A DNA stretch of 64,000 nt, from NCBI GenBank assembly GCA_963808625.1, contig CAWEHK010000033.1:1-64000 (forward strand), written 5' to 3'. The notes under the pieces were generated by a model that had not been told where the DNA came from, searched no databases, and saw only the letters and a program-made list of their open reading frames with translations. Positions 1-11,409 of this stretch are shown here, one piece after another (position 1 is the stretch's first letter; each line of letters opens with the position of its first letter). This DNA is from an uncultured delta proteobacterium. GTDB lineage: Bacteria > Desulfobacterota > Syntrophobacteria > Syntrophobacterales > Syntrophobacteraceae. The position numbers and the translations under genes were made by a program.

Positions 1-829
1 GGCGGACTCAAACTATCAGCTGGTTGAAAACTGGGCTCAGCTTCCGCAAGGGATGGATTGGAGTGGGGTGACCGGCGTAGACATCGACTCGCACGGGACG
101 ATCTACGTTCTTCGTCAGGCTCATGCGATGCCGATCATGGCCTTTGATGGTACCGGCAGATTCTTGAGGTCATGGGGCCAAGAGATGTTCATGAGGTAAC
201 ACTCCCTGCGCACCGACCCTGACGGCAATATCTGGGTCACCGATAGGCTATCGCATCAGATCTTCAAGTTCAGCTCCGATGGAACGATCTTAATGACCCT
301 CGGCCAAAAAGGAATTCGCGGCGACAACGAATCCAAGGAAGCATTTAACGGTCCAGCCGACGTCGTCATTGCAAAAGACGGAAGCATCTTCATCGCGGAC
401 GGTGAACACAGCACCAACAACCGGGTCGTGCATTATTCCAAGGAGGGCAAATTCGTCAGATATTGGGGAGGCAGAGGAACAGAACCCGGGAAATTCGACG
501 ACCCGCATAGCATTGCAATAGATTCGAAGGGACGTATCTATGTGGCGGACCGCGGGAACAGCCGTATTCAAATCTTCGATCAGGACGGAAAATACCTTGA
601 CCAATGGACCAACTTCGGTACGCCATATGGCCTGTTCATCGCAAGAGACGATATGCTTTACGTCGTCGATGGACTCACTTGGTTGTGCATCGCAAACACA
701 AGCGATGGCAGAATTGTGGATCGCATCGCTGGGCTCAACAATCCGCACGCGGTCGCCGTTGACAAAGAGGGCGCGATCTACATTGCCGAGATCGACGGGA
801 CCAATGTGAAGAAATTCGTCAAGAAGTAG
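1..829 (+). pseudogene. NHL-repeat beta-propeller protein (peptidylamidoglycolate lyase-like), 5' end outside the window, in-frame TAA at 197-199
   Basis: Frame 2 reads ...LVENWAQLPQG...GVDIDSHGTIYV...WGQEMFMR*HSLRTDPDGNIWVTD and continues in frame into ORF 293-829, which has NHL repeats (FNGPADVV, FDDPHSIAIDSKGRIYVADRGNSRIQ). Confidence 0.8.
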
Positions 830-1040
830 CCCTCGGAGATTGCTCCCCACGAGCGGGACCTGTCCCCGCCCTTTCTTCCCCATGGAGAGCCAAGGGTGGC
901 TCTATAATTCAAATCGGTCAGGCGTGTGGGAATCATAGTCCCTGTGCACAGTGAGCGAGACTTCTGCTGGGGAAGATATTGTGCTCCCGGAAGAAAAGGC
1001 GAAATCGAAATGTGATTATCTGTCACCGTGAAACTGTAAG

Positions 1041-1156
1041 TAGCTTAACAACCTCAAGTCCTTGGGAGCAGAGGAAAATCGTTGAAGATATCCCATTGAA
1101 ATCCTCACCTTTTTCATCGTTGATTTTGCTCTGATCAAGGCAGGTATCCATACCTG
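1041..1156 (-). repeat. Dispersed ~115 bp element family A, copy 1
   Basis: Reverse complement gatacctgccttgatcagagcaaaatcaacgatgaaaaaggtgagg...ggatatcttcaacgatt...cttgaggttgttaagcta aligns with 25940-26057 and 23349-23456. Confidence 0.8.
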
Positions 1157-1902
1157 AGCCATCGGTCAACCGGCCAACAAATCCCTCACCCTTCGGGTTA
1201 TGGAAGCAGCCCCCCGACCCCCATGAGGGAAAAATCAAAGCGCCTGTGGATGGGCCGGTTATCCTCGATCATTTTGACGATGGCTGGCCCGGATATGAAG
1301 AGCCCGTCATCATCTACCACTAGACTCCGAGGCTGGAGACAGATCCCGTCGGCCACCACGGGAGCAGTGCGCTCTCAAATCCCGGGGATACAGCCTCTTT
1401 CTCGCCCTCCACAATCAAGACAACGCGCAAGATGACTGATTTGCGGCTTGCTGCCCGGCACTTTGACCACCACGATATCACACCGTGGTGATTCTTGTCT
1501 TCACATACCAGGAAATCGGCACAGAAATAGCCTTGACTGTATCCACCACACATGCTACTCGAAAAGGGTCGGAAAGCAATTTCCTATCACCTCACCTGAT
1601 TCGGGGTCGTCGCCCACCGGGAAGTCCGTAAGGAATAGCGTGAATTCCGGCTCTTCTTCTACCTCAATACCCCCTTGCCCTGGTAGAAAGAGCCTTAAGC
1701 TTATTTTCTCTCCAAGCGTGGTTGCTTCGGTACATTGCATCTTCATGACTGCCCCCCTTTGCGGACTAACACCACGCATGGGCACGTTAGGACAGTGGAA
1801 ATCTTACAGAAGCTCGCCTCAAGGACCAATCTCCGTCTCATGATAGCGATTCTTTCTTTTCTTATGTCACTTAAGCCGCCTTGCTTGCCTGGCCCAACCG
1901 TA

Positions 1903-3385
1903 TTATGCCTTACTCGCTTCCTTCTTTTCCTTCTCTTTCAAATTCAAGGTCTCTTTAACAAGATTCTTTTCGTGATCGAAGTTCACGACGCGCTGCAGCA
2001 TGATCTTTTGCGCCATAACGGGACCCGCGCCATGCCATGTGGCGACCCCGTGTTGGCCTGCGGTCCAGTGCTGCAGGAGTTTGTGGACTTTCAAGATGTT
2101 TTCCGTGGGCTCATCGGAGCCGAAGCTGTAAAATTCGGTTACATAATCCTTCACTTCAGGGTTTTGCAGTTCCTTGATGGAGGGCATGGTTACGATGAGA
2201 CCTCCCCCTATGTCTCCAGCCAACGCCATGGCCTTCCAAAAAGAATTGCAGATGTTGAGCTTTGCAACGTTTCCCATGACTTCATCCGGCAGATACACGC
2301 CGGAACCCACAGGTTCCTCTTTACCCTTATTGGCAGCTGCCAGACCGCAGGCTCGCCCTGTTTCTCTCATGACAACCATTTCAGTCAGTTGTTCATTGAC
2401 GTGGGCTACCTTCTGCAAGCCCTTGTATTCCTGGATCAACTTGGCAGCGCCTATAATCTGGTTCATGAAGCCCACCTTGCAGGTACCGCCGCAGGTCATC
2501 CGGTGGGTTTTGGCAAACCGGGTCACGAACTTTCCGGAATACTTGGATTCGCCGCAATGAAAGACGCGCTCCCAGGGAACGAACACGTTTTCGAAGATCA
2601 CCAGGGCCGTTTCTCTTTGGCCGAAATCGGGGGTTGCCGAGCTCTTCCAGGTCATCGGCGGCATCCCTTTCCGCCGAAAAGGGAGAGTACTGGCAGACAT
2701 AGGTGATCCCCTCGGCATCGATTGGCGTAGCGAAGGCAAGGGCATAGTCCTCCTCACCCGGAGCGTGAGAGGACTGTGGCAGAACCACCAGTTCATGACT
2801 GGCGAAAGCCCCGCTGATGTTGATTTTGGCTCCCCGTACGAAGATGCCGTCTTTGTTCTTGTCCACAACTTTCATGGAAAGGAAAGGATCGGGCCAGTCC
2901 AAGGTTTTTTGATTCCGTTGTCCGCGCGGTTCGGTGAGTGCCCCTGCCACGGACAGGTCTTTTCGCTGAACCATCTTTAGGTATTCGAGGAACCTCGGAT
3001 AGTATTCGGTGCCGAGGTCTCTGTCCATCTCCCAGCAGGTGCTCGCAAGAGCATGAAAGACATCGTATCCCACACAACGGTATATGCACGTTCCGAGCCT
3101 TTCGGCAGTGAATGTTCCCGCCTCCGCTTTCTTCACCAGGTCGTCGGTGCTTGCGCTGACATGGGTGTAGCGGTTCACCACATCGTCAATGAGAGGGGAA
3201 TAGCAGGACATGATATCCTTATAACGAGGGTCCAGTGCCCACTCATAGCTGGCTTTGTTAGCCTCGACCACCGTGCGGGTGTTTCGGTTTTCAAGGATAC
3301 TCTCGACCTTTTTCCCGTTCATGAACACTCGGGGCTTGAGGTTTTTCAGACTCTCTTCGAATTGTTCGGGGGTCATCAGGGCCAT
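1903..3385 (-). CDS. 4-hydroxybutyryl-CoA dehydratase / HpaB-family FAD protein (AbfD-like), one frameshift in the G-run at ~2629-2633
   Basis: ORFs 2393-3421 and 1903-2868 join at LGNP|DFGQRE. Motifs GTCIYRCVG and HRMTCGGTCKVG resemble AbfD Fe-S ligands; also GALTEPRG and WHGAGP. Confidence 0.8.
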
Positions 3386-3523
3386 GGTGCTTCTCCTTTC
3401 GTCTGTGAGCGTTTCCAACAAGAGAGTACTAGGAGCTTCTCCGAGAACTACGAGCTCTAGAAACTCTAGGGAATTCTTATCAATTCAATCAGTTCAATTC
3501 AATCAATTCATTACCTCCTTGTG

Positions 3524-3800
3524 CTATCCCTCAAACACAGAATCAGCCCACACACCACAACGATCTTTATAATGGAAGTGCCGTCCATGATCTTCGAATC
3601 TCCAGAAAGGACTGTGACATGCTTTAACATTGGACAGCATGGGAAGAACTTGGTTTTCAAGACGCACAGGATCGGCACCATCCGCTCCCTTGGATAAATA
3701 CTGCTTCATTTCTCCATGGGGCATCTCAAAATGTATGTTACCATTCTCTTCTTTGATGTCCATCTTCATGTATTTGACACCAAAAACCTTTTTCATCAAG
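3524..3800 (-). pseudogene. C-terminal fragment of a DUF1326-like protein
   Basis: GADGADPVRLEN...WRFEDHGRHFHYKDRCGVWAD resembles DUF1326 C-termini; no N-terminal part found. Confidence 0.4.
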
Positions 3801-4346
3801 AAAGCACCGATGCTTTGAACCAGATGTTTCATGGAACCCAGCATGGGTCGGTAAGGAACAGGTTCGCACTTTCAAAATCGACGGCGACCGACTCCTACAC
3901 ATCTCGGATTGGATGCCAGCGGTGACCAAACCCGAAATGGGGATGGGACGAGGAATTGTGACTCTTTAACGGGTAAAGTAGAAAACGGAGCGTTTTGTCC
4001 AATGTTTGAGCATCTTACTCTTTATCGAGAAAGGCGACACTGCTCAAGTGAAATAGCGCAATCCAACCCAATAAGGGTTGAGGCGACACCAATTGGCGGA
4101 GTCGTCTCAATCAATTGTTCAAGAAGCATGGAACGGCAAAGACACTCATCGGGTTACCCGCGACCTTAACCGGCGCCTTCCCCACATTGCTATAATTCCG
4201 GGGCCACTCGGAGAAACTGTCGCTCTGAAATCGAAGATATCTTAACAATATCAATTCTTTACAAGAATTCGCGATATCGCTTGATATCTGGCAGGATCTT
4301 ATGCTGAGCTGTGGATCACCATCAGCCCGGATTCGACCTCCTGCCC

Positions 4347-4940
4347 TCATAGCTCATTCGCATACACACTTTTGATCTCTTCCGGCTGGATGCAGAGGTA
4401 TTCAAGCGTCTGACGCTGCGTCGAGTGGTTGAAACAGACCATCAACTCCGGCAAACCGGTCCCGAATACCACCCGCTGGATATAGCCGAAGGTTTTTCTC
4501 AAAGTATGAGCCCCGAAATTGCCCTTGAGGTTGATCGCGGCGCACCAGCTTTTGACCAACCGATTCACCGATGGGACGGTCAGACGTCCTCTCTGACCGA
4601 GGAATAGGTAATCGTCATCCTGGTAATCCCTGGAGGCGATCAGATTGCGGATGGCATCGACACAGGCCTTGTTCAGCGTGACCCTTCTGAGCTTCCCGGT
4701 CTTCTGCTCCTTCAGCTCAATCGACTCCAGGGGTTTCAGATTCCGGACCTGAGCGACCGTGATCTTGAGGAGGTCGACCGCCCTAAGGTTCGTGTTGATT
4801 CCAAGGGTGAAAAGAGCCAGGTCCCTTTGCTTCTTGGCGAGAAGCGTTTTGATCGCCTTGATGTCTTTCATCGTCTTGACCGGCTCGACCTTGATCGTCG
4901 ATCCCTTCACGGGATGGTTGCCATTGTTGCCTTTTGTCAT
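4347..4940 (-). CDS. Small tyrosine recombinase/integrase (catalytic domain only, ~197 aa)
   Basis: RDLALFTLGINTNLRAVDLL (catalytic R), EQKTGK (K), GAHTLRKTFGY (HxxR), FNHST...TLEYL (H, Y); RBS ggagg upstream. Confidence 0.9.
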   Translation of the reverse strand: MTKGNNGNHPVKGSTIKVEPVKTMKDIKAIKTLLAKKQRDLALFTLGINTNLRAVDLLKITVAQVRNLKPLESIELKEQKTGKLRRVTLNKACVDAIRNLIASRDYQDDDYLFLGQRGRLTVPSVNRLVKSWCAAINLKGNFGAHTLRKTFGYIQRVVFGTGLPELMVCFNHSTQRQTLEYLCIQPEEIKSVYANEL

Positions 4941-5181
4941 GATGTAGTTCCTCCTTCTGGGTCGCGAGGTTTTCATTGTGTGGCTGGTGAGACTTAACAA
5001 GATAAAAGGGCAGTTCTGAGACCGAAGCGCTCAGTATCGACGCGGACCATTGCTGTGCTTAGGTCTATGGATGATTTGAGGTGACGGGAAGTCGTTAACT
5101 TCTGTCTGAAGATAACGAGTCTTGTTGCGACCACCCCGTCCACTGCATCTGATGTTTCCCGAGGGTAGTATCCCTGGGATG

Positions 5182-6148
5182 CTATTCTTGAGCCTGTGGA
5201 AGGGTCTTTTTGCGAAGGTCATAACGGCAGGTTGTGAGAGCTTCAGGGATCGCGTGGTGGTTTAACTTCCCGGCGCATCGTGCGCAGAGGGTTATCAGGG
5301 GCTGGCTGTCAATCACCGTAAGGCGGACACCGTCATATTCAGAGTCCCAATCAGCCTGTTGGATCATACGGTCAATCGACAGGCTGGCATTGCCGTATTT
5401 GATGTCCTTGCCGCACCAGTCGCACTGACAGTAAATCTCCTCCATGGTTCCGGCACTTGTATCGTGAAGGTTTTCCTCCGACTGAGTGCTTCTTTTTCCC
5501 AGAAAACTCATGACACCATAGGCGACCGCCGTTTTGAAAACGTCCTTATCATCGAATACAAGTCGCAAGAGGAGCTCTTTCGGGCTGAGTCCCGGTGGCC
5601 GGCTCTCTTTCATAACTACTGCGCGCTTCCACAAGCTGAATGAGCTGACTGCATCTATCACAGGTAAGAGCATCCCGGCTCCATTCGCCAAAAAATTCCT
5701 TGAATTCCTTGAGGTCCTTTTGTTTGGCAGCCCACAGATAGCCCATTTGGTATCCTTCGTTTTCAAGAATGGCAGGCTCATAGGTCACCGCCACCGACTC
5801 TTCCTCGAATCCCCACGCTTTCACCAGGTCCTCGGCCTCTTTTTCCCAAAGGCCGGTTTTTCCACTCCCTGCAACCATATGACCCAGTTCATGGGCAATC
5901 GTGTGAAGAATTTCCGGCTCAGGTCATGCTCCAAGATTGCCTCATTGAGCACAATGAGATGGCTTGTCGGAAAATCAAGGCGGAAACAGTGGCCGTAGGT
6001 ATCGGGATTGAAGGAGACAATCTCCAACCATGAGCCATCGAGGATTTTTTGCTTGAGCACATCCTCCGGAAGCCTTTCCAGGACCTTGACCAGATAGGGA
6101 TGGAATTCCGGACTACACTTGAATCGTTCGACTCTTTCTTCGATCATT
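5182..6148 (-). CDS. Putative Zn-metallopeptidase (HExxH, ImmA/IrrE-like) with a possible C-terminal CxxC...CxxC zinc ribbon; frameshifted
   Basis: Joining frames gives ...LIVLNE...EILHTIAHELGHMVAG...EKEAEDLVKAWGF; a downstream frame has CQCDWCG and LCARCAG. Confidence 0.5.
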
Positions 6149-6343
6149 TTGAACTCCTTGTCCCTTGAGATAGTATTTAAGATGTCGATTACCCTAATCA
6201 GACGAATGCTTGGCAGATCCTCCTGAAGCACCGTCCTCCGGATTTCTCGGGGACTCTCGCGTGCGGAGGATCTGCGATATGGTGCCAGTGGATTCCGGCA
6301 CAGGCATGGCCATCTTCTTCTGGAAGATCTGCGAGAGACCCTT

Positions 6344-7267
6344 TTATCGCGCCAACGAGAGGATGATTCCGCCGGTGCGCTGAAAGCGATAAGCCTGTTC
6401 AGCCGAAAGGTGATTGCCCTTCGCGGCATAGGTGAATGCCTGAATCACAGCCCAGAGCGTATAGCCTGGCTCATGGTCCCAGGCGTTTTGGACCTCTTGA
6501 ATCTCTTCCAGGGTATGCCCGAAGCGTCTCCCGAAGGTGATGATCGAGGCCCTGGGATCGTCCACCTTGCTCTCGATGGACATCCTCATCTTGTCTTCCT
6601 GAGTCAGGGCCAGGCGGCGGACTTCCTCCATGGTGGCATTGAAGTCGTCCAGGGCATTGCGCTTGATATGCCGGGTTTTGACCGCGATGGTATCGGCGCT
6701 GATGAGCCCGTTGGTGCAGATCAGGCGTTGATAAAAGACACTGCAACTGTACGCGACCAGGCCGACCTCCGAATTGGAGAAGTGACATCCGGGGACCATC
6801 CGGTCATCAAGGACCTTGAACGCCATGGAGTGGTCCGGGATATTCAGGAGCATCATCTCGTTTGAAATCTTGAACTCCACCCTGGTGTGCGGCGCGAAGG
6901 CGTCCAGGACCCTCTCCATGACCTCCGTGTTGTCAATTGGCTTGTACCTCCGCGTGAAGAAAGCACGGATATTCTGGTCCTTAAACCGGCAGAAGAGCGG
7001 GGCATCGCCCAAGGTGCTGAGCCAGTAATTGAGGTTCTGGGCCTGTAGATCCCGTGGGCAGCGCCCAAGGTAGTCAGCCGGGAGGCGGAGGCGCTGGGAG
7101 ATGAGTCTCTTGGCGGAGCCCATCATCTTGTAGACGTTTCCCGTCCCCTTCTCCGTTACGTGGTCGAAGTCCTCGAATTCCAGTCGTGATGCCGGAAACA
7201 TCCCGTCCCAGTTTCCATGGCTGAATTCACTTGTGATCTCAGCAGCTCTTTGAAGCGTCGTGTTCAT
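6344..7267 (-). CDS. DUF932-family phage/plasmid protein
   Basis: RAFFTRRYKPIDN, FSNSEVG, RLICTNGLI, KTRH motifs. Confidence 0.8.
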   Translation of the reverse strand: MNTTLQRAAEITSEFSHGNWDGMFPASRLEFEDFDHVTEKGTGNVYKMMGSAKRLISQRLRLPADYLGRCPRDLQAQNLNYWLSTLGDAPLFCRFKDQNIRAFFTRRYKPIDNTEVMERVLDAFAPHTRVEFKISNEMMLLNIPDHSMAFKVLDDRMVPGCHFSNSEVGLVAYSCSVFYQRLICTNGLISADTIAVKTRHIKRNALDDFNATMEEVRRLALTQEDKMRMSIESKVDDPRASIITFGRRFGHTLEEIQEVQNAWDHEPGYTLWAVIQAFTYAAKGNHLSAEQAYRFQRTGGIILSLAR

Positions 7268-7400
7268 AGCTTTTTCCCTTTCGATCTGTTGCAGTACTTG
7301 GCAATCATGGCGTTCACCAGTCGGGTCATGGGACGCCCAATTCCTTGGCAAGCCGATACAGGGCCGGAATAGACTTCTCATCAATCTTGGGCGGATACAT
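7265..7400 (-). CDS. Small ribbon-helix-helix-like protein (MYPPKIDEKSIPALYRLAKELGVP|MTRLVNAMIAKY), frameshifted
   Basis: RBS ggagg; short amphipathic helices; directly upstream of the DUF932 gene. Confidence 0.45.
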
Positions 7401-7896
7401 CTTGACCTCCGTTTCAGTATCCGCAGCGGTGACATACAGCCTCACCGGAAGCGGTGATAATAATGGTGTTGCTTCGGCCATCACCGATGGTCGCCAGGTG
7501 ACCTCAATCCAGGACGAAACGCTTGCCTTTGTGTTCACTGATGAACTCCTGGATTGGCTGGTGAGCCTCGTGATGGACGTACTTCTCCCTATGTTTTTTC
7601 ATGGAAACCTCCGTGTCTTTTGGGGTTATGCTGGGATCAATCGTTGTTGGGCTCTGGAGAGGGCATCTTCAGATGAAGACTGAACTACTCGCTACATGCT
7701 GGTTGCCCGATTCTGGATGTGCCTTTGCTGTAAAGAAGTTACATGGTATTTTGAAGTTCCCTTGGTTTTGGAGTTTAATGTAACCTGGATTCCCCGGAAG
7801 CTCGATATACATAGGCAATGGGGCATGGAATAGCGCTCAGGAGGAATATCCTTTATGGCAGAACTTGACTCACACAACTCGCAAGGATCGAGACTG

Positions 7897-8709
7897 ATGA
7901 ATAGGGCTGTCACCATCAGTCTGGCTACCCTGCTCATTGCACTCCTAACGTCGGCGTGTGTCACCAACCCGATTACCGGCCGAAGTCAGGCCATGATCGT
8001 GAGCGACCAGGAGGCCGCAAAAGTTTCACGGCAGGCCTATCTTCAACTGCTATCGGCAGCCAATCGTGAGCACGCCTTGGACAGTAACCCACAAACGTTA
8101 GTCCGCGTACGGGGGATTACCGACCGGGTTGTCGCCCAAGCCATACAGCTGCGTCCCGAGACTCGAAGCTGGCAGTGGGAGGTCCACGTTCTGAAATCAA
8201 ACGAGGTAAACGCCTGGTGTATGGCGGGAGGAAAGATGGCTGTGTACACCGGTTTGCTCGAAAAGATCAAACCCAGCAACGACGAACTCGCCCAGGTCAT
8301 GGCTCATGAAATCTCCCATGCGCTGCTGTCACACCAGGCGGAGAAGATTTCCAGAGTCCAGATGCAGGGGGCGGGTCTGCAATTGGGTGTGCTGGCAGGT
8401 GCAATTGCGGGTTACGATTTGAGCGGGGTTGCCGGTCTGGCTGACAACGCAGCCTCGCTCGCTTTGCAGTTGCCTAACAGCCGCGAAGCCGAAAGCGAAG
8501 CGGACAAAGTGGGGATGCTGCTCGCAGCGCGTGCCGGATATAACCCACAAGCGGCTGTTTCGCTGTGGGAGAAGATGCTGCGGTCATCAAGCGGCGGCCC
8601 TCCCGAATGGCTGAGCACGCATCCAGACCCCGAAACGCGTATAGGTTACATGCGTACGTTGGCAGAACAATACATGCCGGTCTATAAAAGCGCCGCCCGA
8701 GCTCCATGA
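7897..8709 (+). CDS. M48-family Zn metallopeptidase lipoprotein
   Basis: Lipobox LTSAC; NAWCMAGGK, AHEISH, SREAESEAD, WLSTHP. Confidence 0.92.
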   Translation: MNRAVTISLATLLIALLTSACVTNPITGRSQAMIVSDQEAAKVSRQAYLQLLSAANREHALDSNPQTLVRVRGITDRVVAQAIQLRPETRSWQWEVHVLKSNEVNAWCMAGGKMAVYTGLLEKIKPSNDELAQVMAHEISHALLSHQAEKISRVQMQGAGLQLGVLAGAIAGYDLSGVAGLADNAASLALQLPNSREAESEADKVGMLLAARAGYNPQAAVSLWEKMLRSSSGGPPEWLSTHPDPETRIGYMRTLAEQYMPVYKSAARAP

Positions 8710-8934
8710 GCGGAGCGCCCGCCCTCAACCGGAAAACCGATGGCGGTCCTTCAGCCAAAGGATGCCCCTCTATTTCACACTGGAACGCCCAAGTGCTGGC
8801 GTCATTACGACTGTATTCTCCTGATTCTCCTGCCTGAACGCACCTCTTTTAGTTTGCCAAGGCCCAGAACCAATCGGGCCAGGTGGACGGTAATTTATGA
8901 GTTATGGTGGTGGCATTGCCTTTTTCCTGAGCCA

Positions 8935-9456
8935 CTACTTTCCCCAGGACTTCGACGGCTGATATCGGAGGGACGGTTTCCGGCCAGGAGCCTTCGTTCC
9001 CGGTGAGCCAGGGATGGAATCAGGGCCAGCGCCGTCAATAAGATCTTGGTCGTCTTCCAGGGTGTCCTCCAGACCACTCCGATTGTATCGCTGCCTCTTC
9101 CCTGGTGCATCGCTCAGCGACAATAGCGCTCTCCACACATCGAAATAGACATCGTGCCTGTGCTTTCTCCGCCGAGGGGTCCCTCAGTCTTTCCGAATAG
9201 CACCTCGTCCTTGAAATTGGGGTAGTCGATGCTCATCGCTTCGTCTGCGAGGAACTTCGCCCAGATCTCCTGCCGCATGACGGATGCGGAAAGGGTAATC
9301 GGTTCCGGCGTTCGTGAGGATCTTGGATTTGACTCCAGTCTGTTTCTTCAATACCTCCAGGTCTTTCCTGCATCGTGCCCTGACCTCCAGTTCATCGGGA
9401 GCACAGCCTGGTTTCTTTACGACGCTGATAAAATCCGGATTTCGTGAATGCCCACA
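8935..9456 (-). CDS. Mobile-element-type hypothetical protein, frameshifted
   Basis: Frames join to MWAFTKSGF|ISVVKK...EVRAR...TDYPFRI|...IDYPNFKDEV...HDVYFDVW. Confidence 0.55.
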
Positions 9457-9565
9457 TCGGCACCTCCTTTCATCTTTCCTTCGAGCTCTGTTCTTGGCAA
9501 AAAGTGGCATCAGGACCGCCCTAATTTCAATTCTGACGGCATTTCTTCGACAGGCCATATCTGAA

Positions 9566-9796
9566 CATGGCCGAAATGCGCTTTACGTTGGGGGGCATGG
9601 CGAGGTCGTTACTCTGTTCGCTCAGAGCCTTCACCACATTCAAGATGCGATTGAAGAGGCTCGGGATTGCTCTCTGGATGCTTTGACGCTGACACTCCCG
9701 AGGATACGATCACGCCAGGTTCAAAAATCGTCTGAACGGACTGAAATTCCTCTCTACTTTCTTATAGGGAATTCGAGGTTACGGAAAAATCGGAAG
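9566..9796. repeat. Dispersed ~230 bp repeat family B, copy 1
   Basis: ctttacgttgg..gcatggcg...ctgttcgctcagagccttcac...gaggttacggaaaaatcggaa; direct repeat of 10973-11203. Confidence 0.9.
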
Positions 9797-9983
9797 GTGG
9801 GGCTTTGTGAGGTACATGATTTTGCGCATTGCATCGGGTGCGGTTAAGAGGGGTGAGCGAAGGAGAGAAAGCAGCGGAACAACGAGTACCGCAACTTATT
9901 CTGCCCTACCTCAGGAAGTGTGCTATCCTTGGCCCCGCAAAAGGCCATTTCTTATCACTCAACCTCAATGTGGAGAGCACATC

Positions 9984-10808
9984 ATGAGAGCACAGAAGAG
10001 TTTCCTGATCGCAGTCGTTTGCTTGTTCCTCGGATTCATCGCAACCATTTCGCTGGCGCAACAAGCACCAGATGATTTTCCCGGATGTGGGTGCGGGGAT
10101 GCCGCGGGGCCAATCTGGTTGTCACTTCGGTCTCTGGTCCTACCACGGGCTATTCATAACCAGACCATATGCGGTGACCTACAGTGTGAAGAACCAAGGC
10201 AATGAAGCTTCCGGTTCCTACCAAGTGGGGCTATACCTGTCCGCGGACAAGATGATTGACCCTGCTGCCGACCGCCTGTTGGACAAGGTGACGTTTTCCA
10301 CGGGACTGGGACCAGGGAAAAACCAGACAGAAGACCACCAATGTATTGGTTCCCATCAATGGATTGTCAGGGAAGTACTACTACGGTTCCATTGTAGGAA
10401 CCAGTAAAAAGGCTTCATCGAAGCAGGTTTCCCTCGTCCGTTATTCATTGGCGGACGATAATGACACCGTGACAGATCACAAGACCGGTTTGATCTGGCA
10501 ACAGGCTGATGATGGAGTACAGAGAAACTTGGGATGGTGCCAACCAGTACTGTGGGAACTTGGATCTTGGCGGTAAAACAGACTGGCGGCTGCCAAGCAT
10601 GGATGAGTTGGAAACGATTATCGACTTTTCCCAATTTAACCCCGCCATTAATCCGGTGTTCAGCTGCCGTCCAAACGGTTACTGGTCGGGCAGTACCCAC
10701 GTGGGTCACCCAGGCAACACGTGGTACATCGGTTTCTACGGTGGGCTCGCGGGTTGGGGCACTGAGACCTACTACGGTTATGTCCGGTGTGTGCGCGGCG
10801 GACCTTGA
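9984..10808 (+). CDS. Secreted CARDB-like + DUF1566 (Lcl/C-type lectin fold) protein, frameshifted
   Basis: Signal peptide; VKNQGNEASGSYQVGLYLS (CARDB-like); TVTDHKTGLIWQQ, DWRLPSMDEL, YWSGS, VRCVRGG. Confidence 0.85.
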
Positions 10809-10833
10809 TAATTTGACCCTCGGACTATTCTTG

Positions 10834-10861
10834 AAGCCGGGGAGAGATCTCCGGCTTTTTT
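10834..10861 (+). terminator. Hairpin plus U-tract after the DUF1566 gene
   Basis: aagccgggagagatctccggcttttt. Confidence 0.6.
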
Positions 10862-10972
10862 GCTTCTGGAGGCCCGGATGTGAATAGATCGGCGGAGACC
10901 GGCTATCCTCGGGACACGACCCGTCTGATTTGCCCTGCAAGCCACGATCTCATGCCGAGCCATGCTGGATTA

Positions 10973-11203
10973 TGTCCGAAATGGGCTTTACGTTGGGGGG
11001 CATGGCGGGGTCATTACCCTGTTCGCTCAGAGCCTTCACGACATTCAAAATGCGCTTGAAGAGGTTCGCGATTACTCCCTGGATGCTTCTATGTTGGCGA
11101 TATTTCTACCGGTATGGTCATGTGGGTTCAAAAGTGAATCCAACTGGATGAAATTCCCCTCTACTCTCTATAAGGAAATTGGAGGTTACGGAAAAATCGG
11201 AAG
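10973..11203. repeat. Repeat family B, copy 2
   Basis: Aligns along its length with 9566-9796. Confidence 0.9.
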
Positions 11204-11329
11204 CTTATTGCACGCGTAGACAGATGCAATAAGCTCGCTCGTTGTCGAGAAGGCCTTGGAGGGCAAGGATCTGTAGAACTCCCCCTCCTATACCGGACTC
11301 ATGCGGGTGCATCTGCCGATATGGCGATG

Positions 11330-11409
11330 CGGGTTCAAAAATAGTGTGAACCGACTGAAATTACCCTTCACTTACCTATAGGAAATTCGAGGTTACGGAA
11401 AAATCGGAA
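11330..11409. repeat. Repeat family B, partial copy 3
   Basis: ggttcaaaaa...actgaaatt...ctataggaaattcgaggttacggaaaaatcggaa. Confidence 0.85.

Noticed and set aside
1160..1790. Short minus-strand ORFs including a TAG at 1555
   Set aside because: No recognisable family and inconsistent frames; cannot support a gene or readthrough call
3478..3512. Short tcaat/tcaattcaa tandem repeat
   Set aside because: Too short and low-complexity to assign a function
4225..4270. XerC/D dif site next to the recombinase
   Set aside because: Only a partial XerD-like arm and no credible XerC arm
9566..11409. CRISPR array built from the repeated 21-mer
   Set aside because: Only three copies, with irregular spacing (~1400 and ~205 bp), extended flanking similarity and no cas genes
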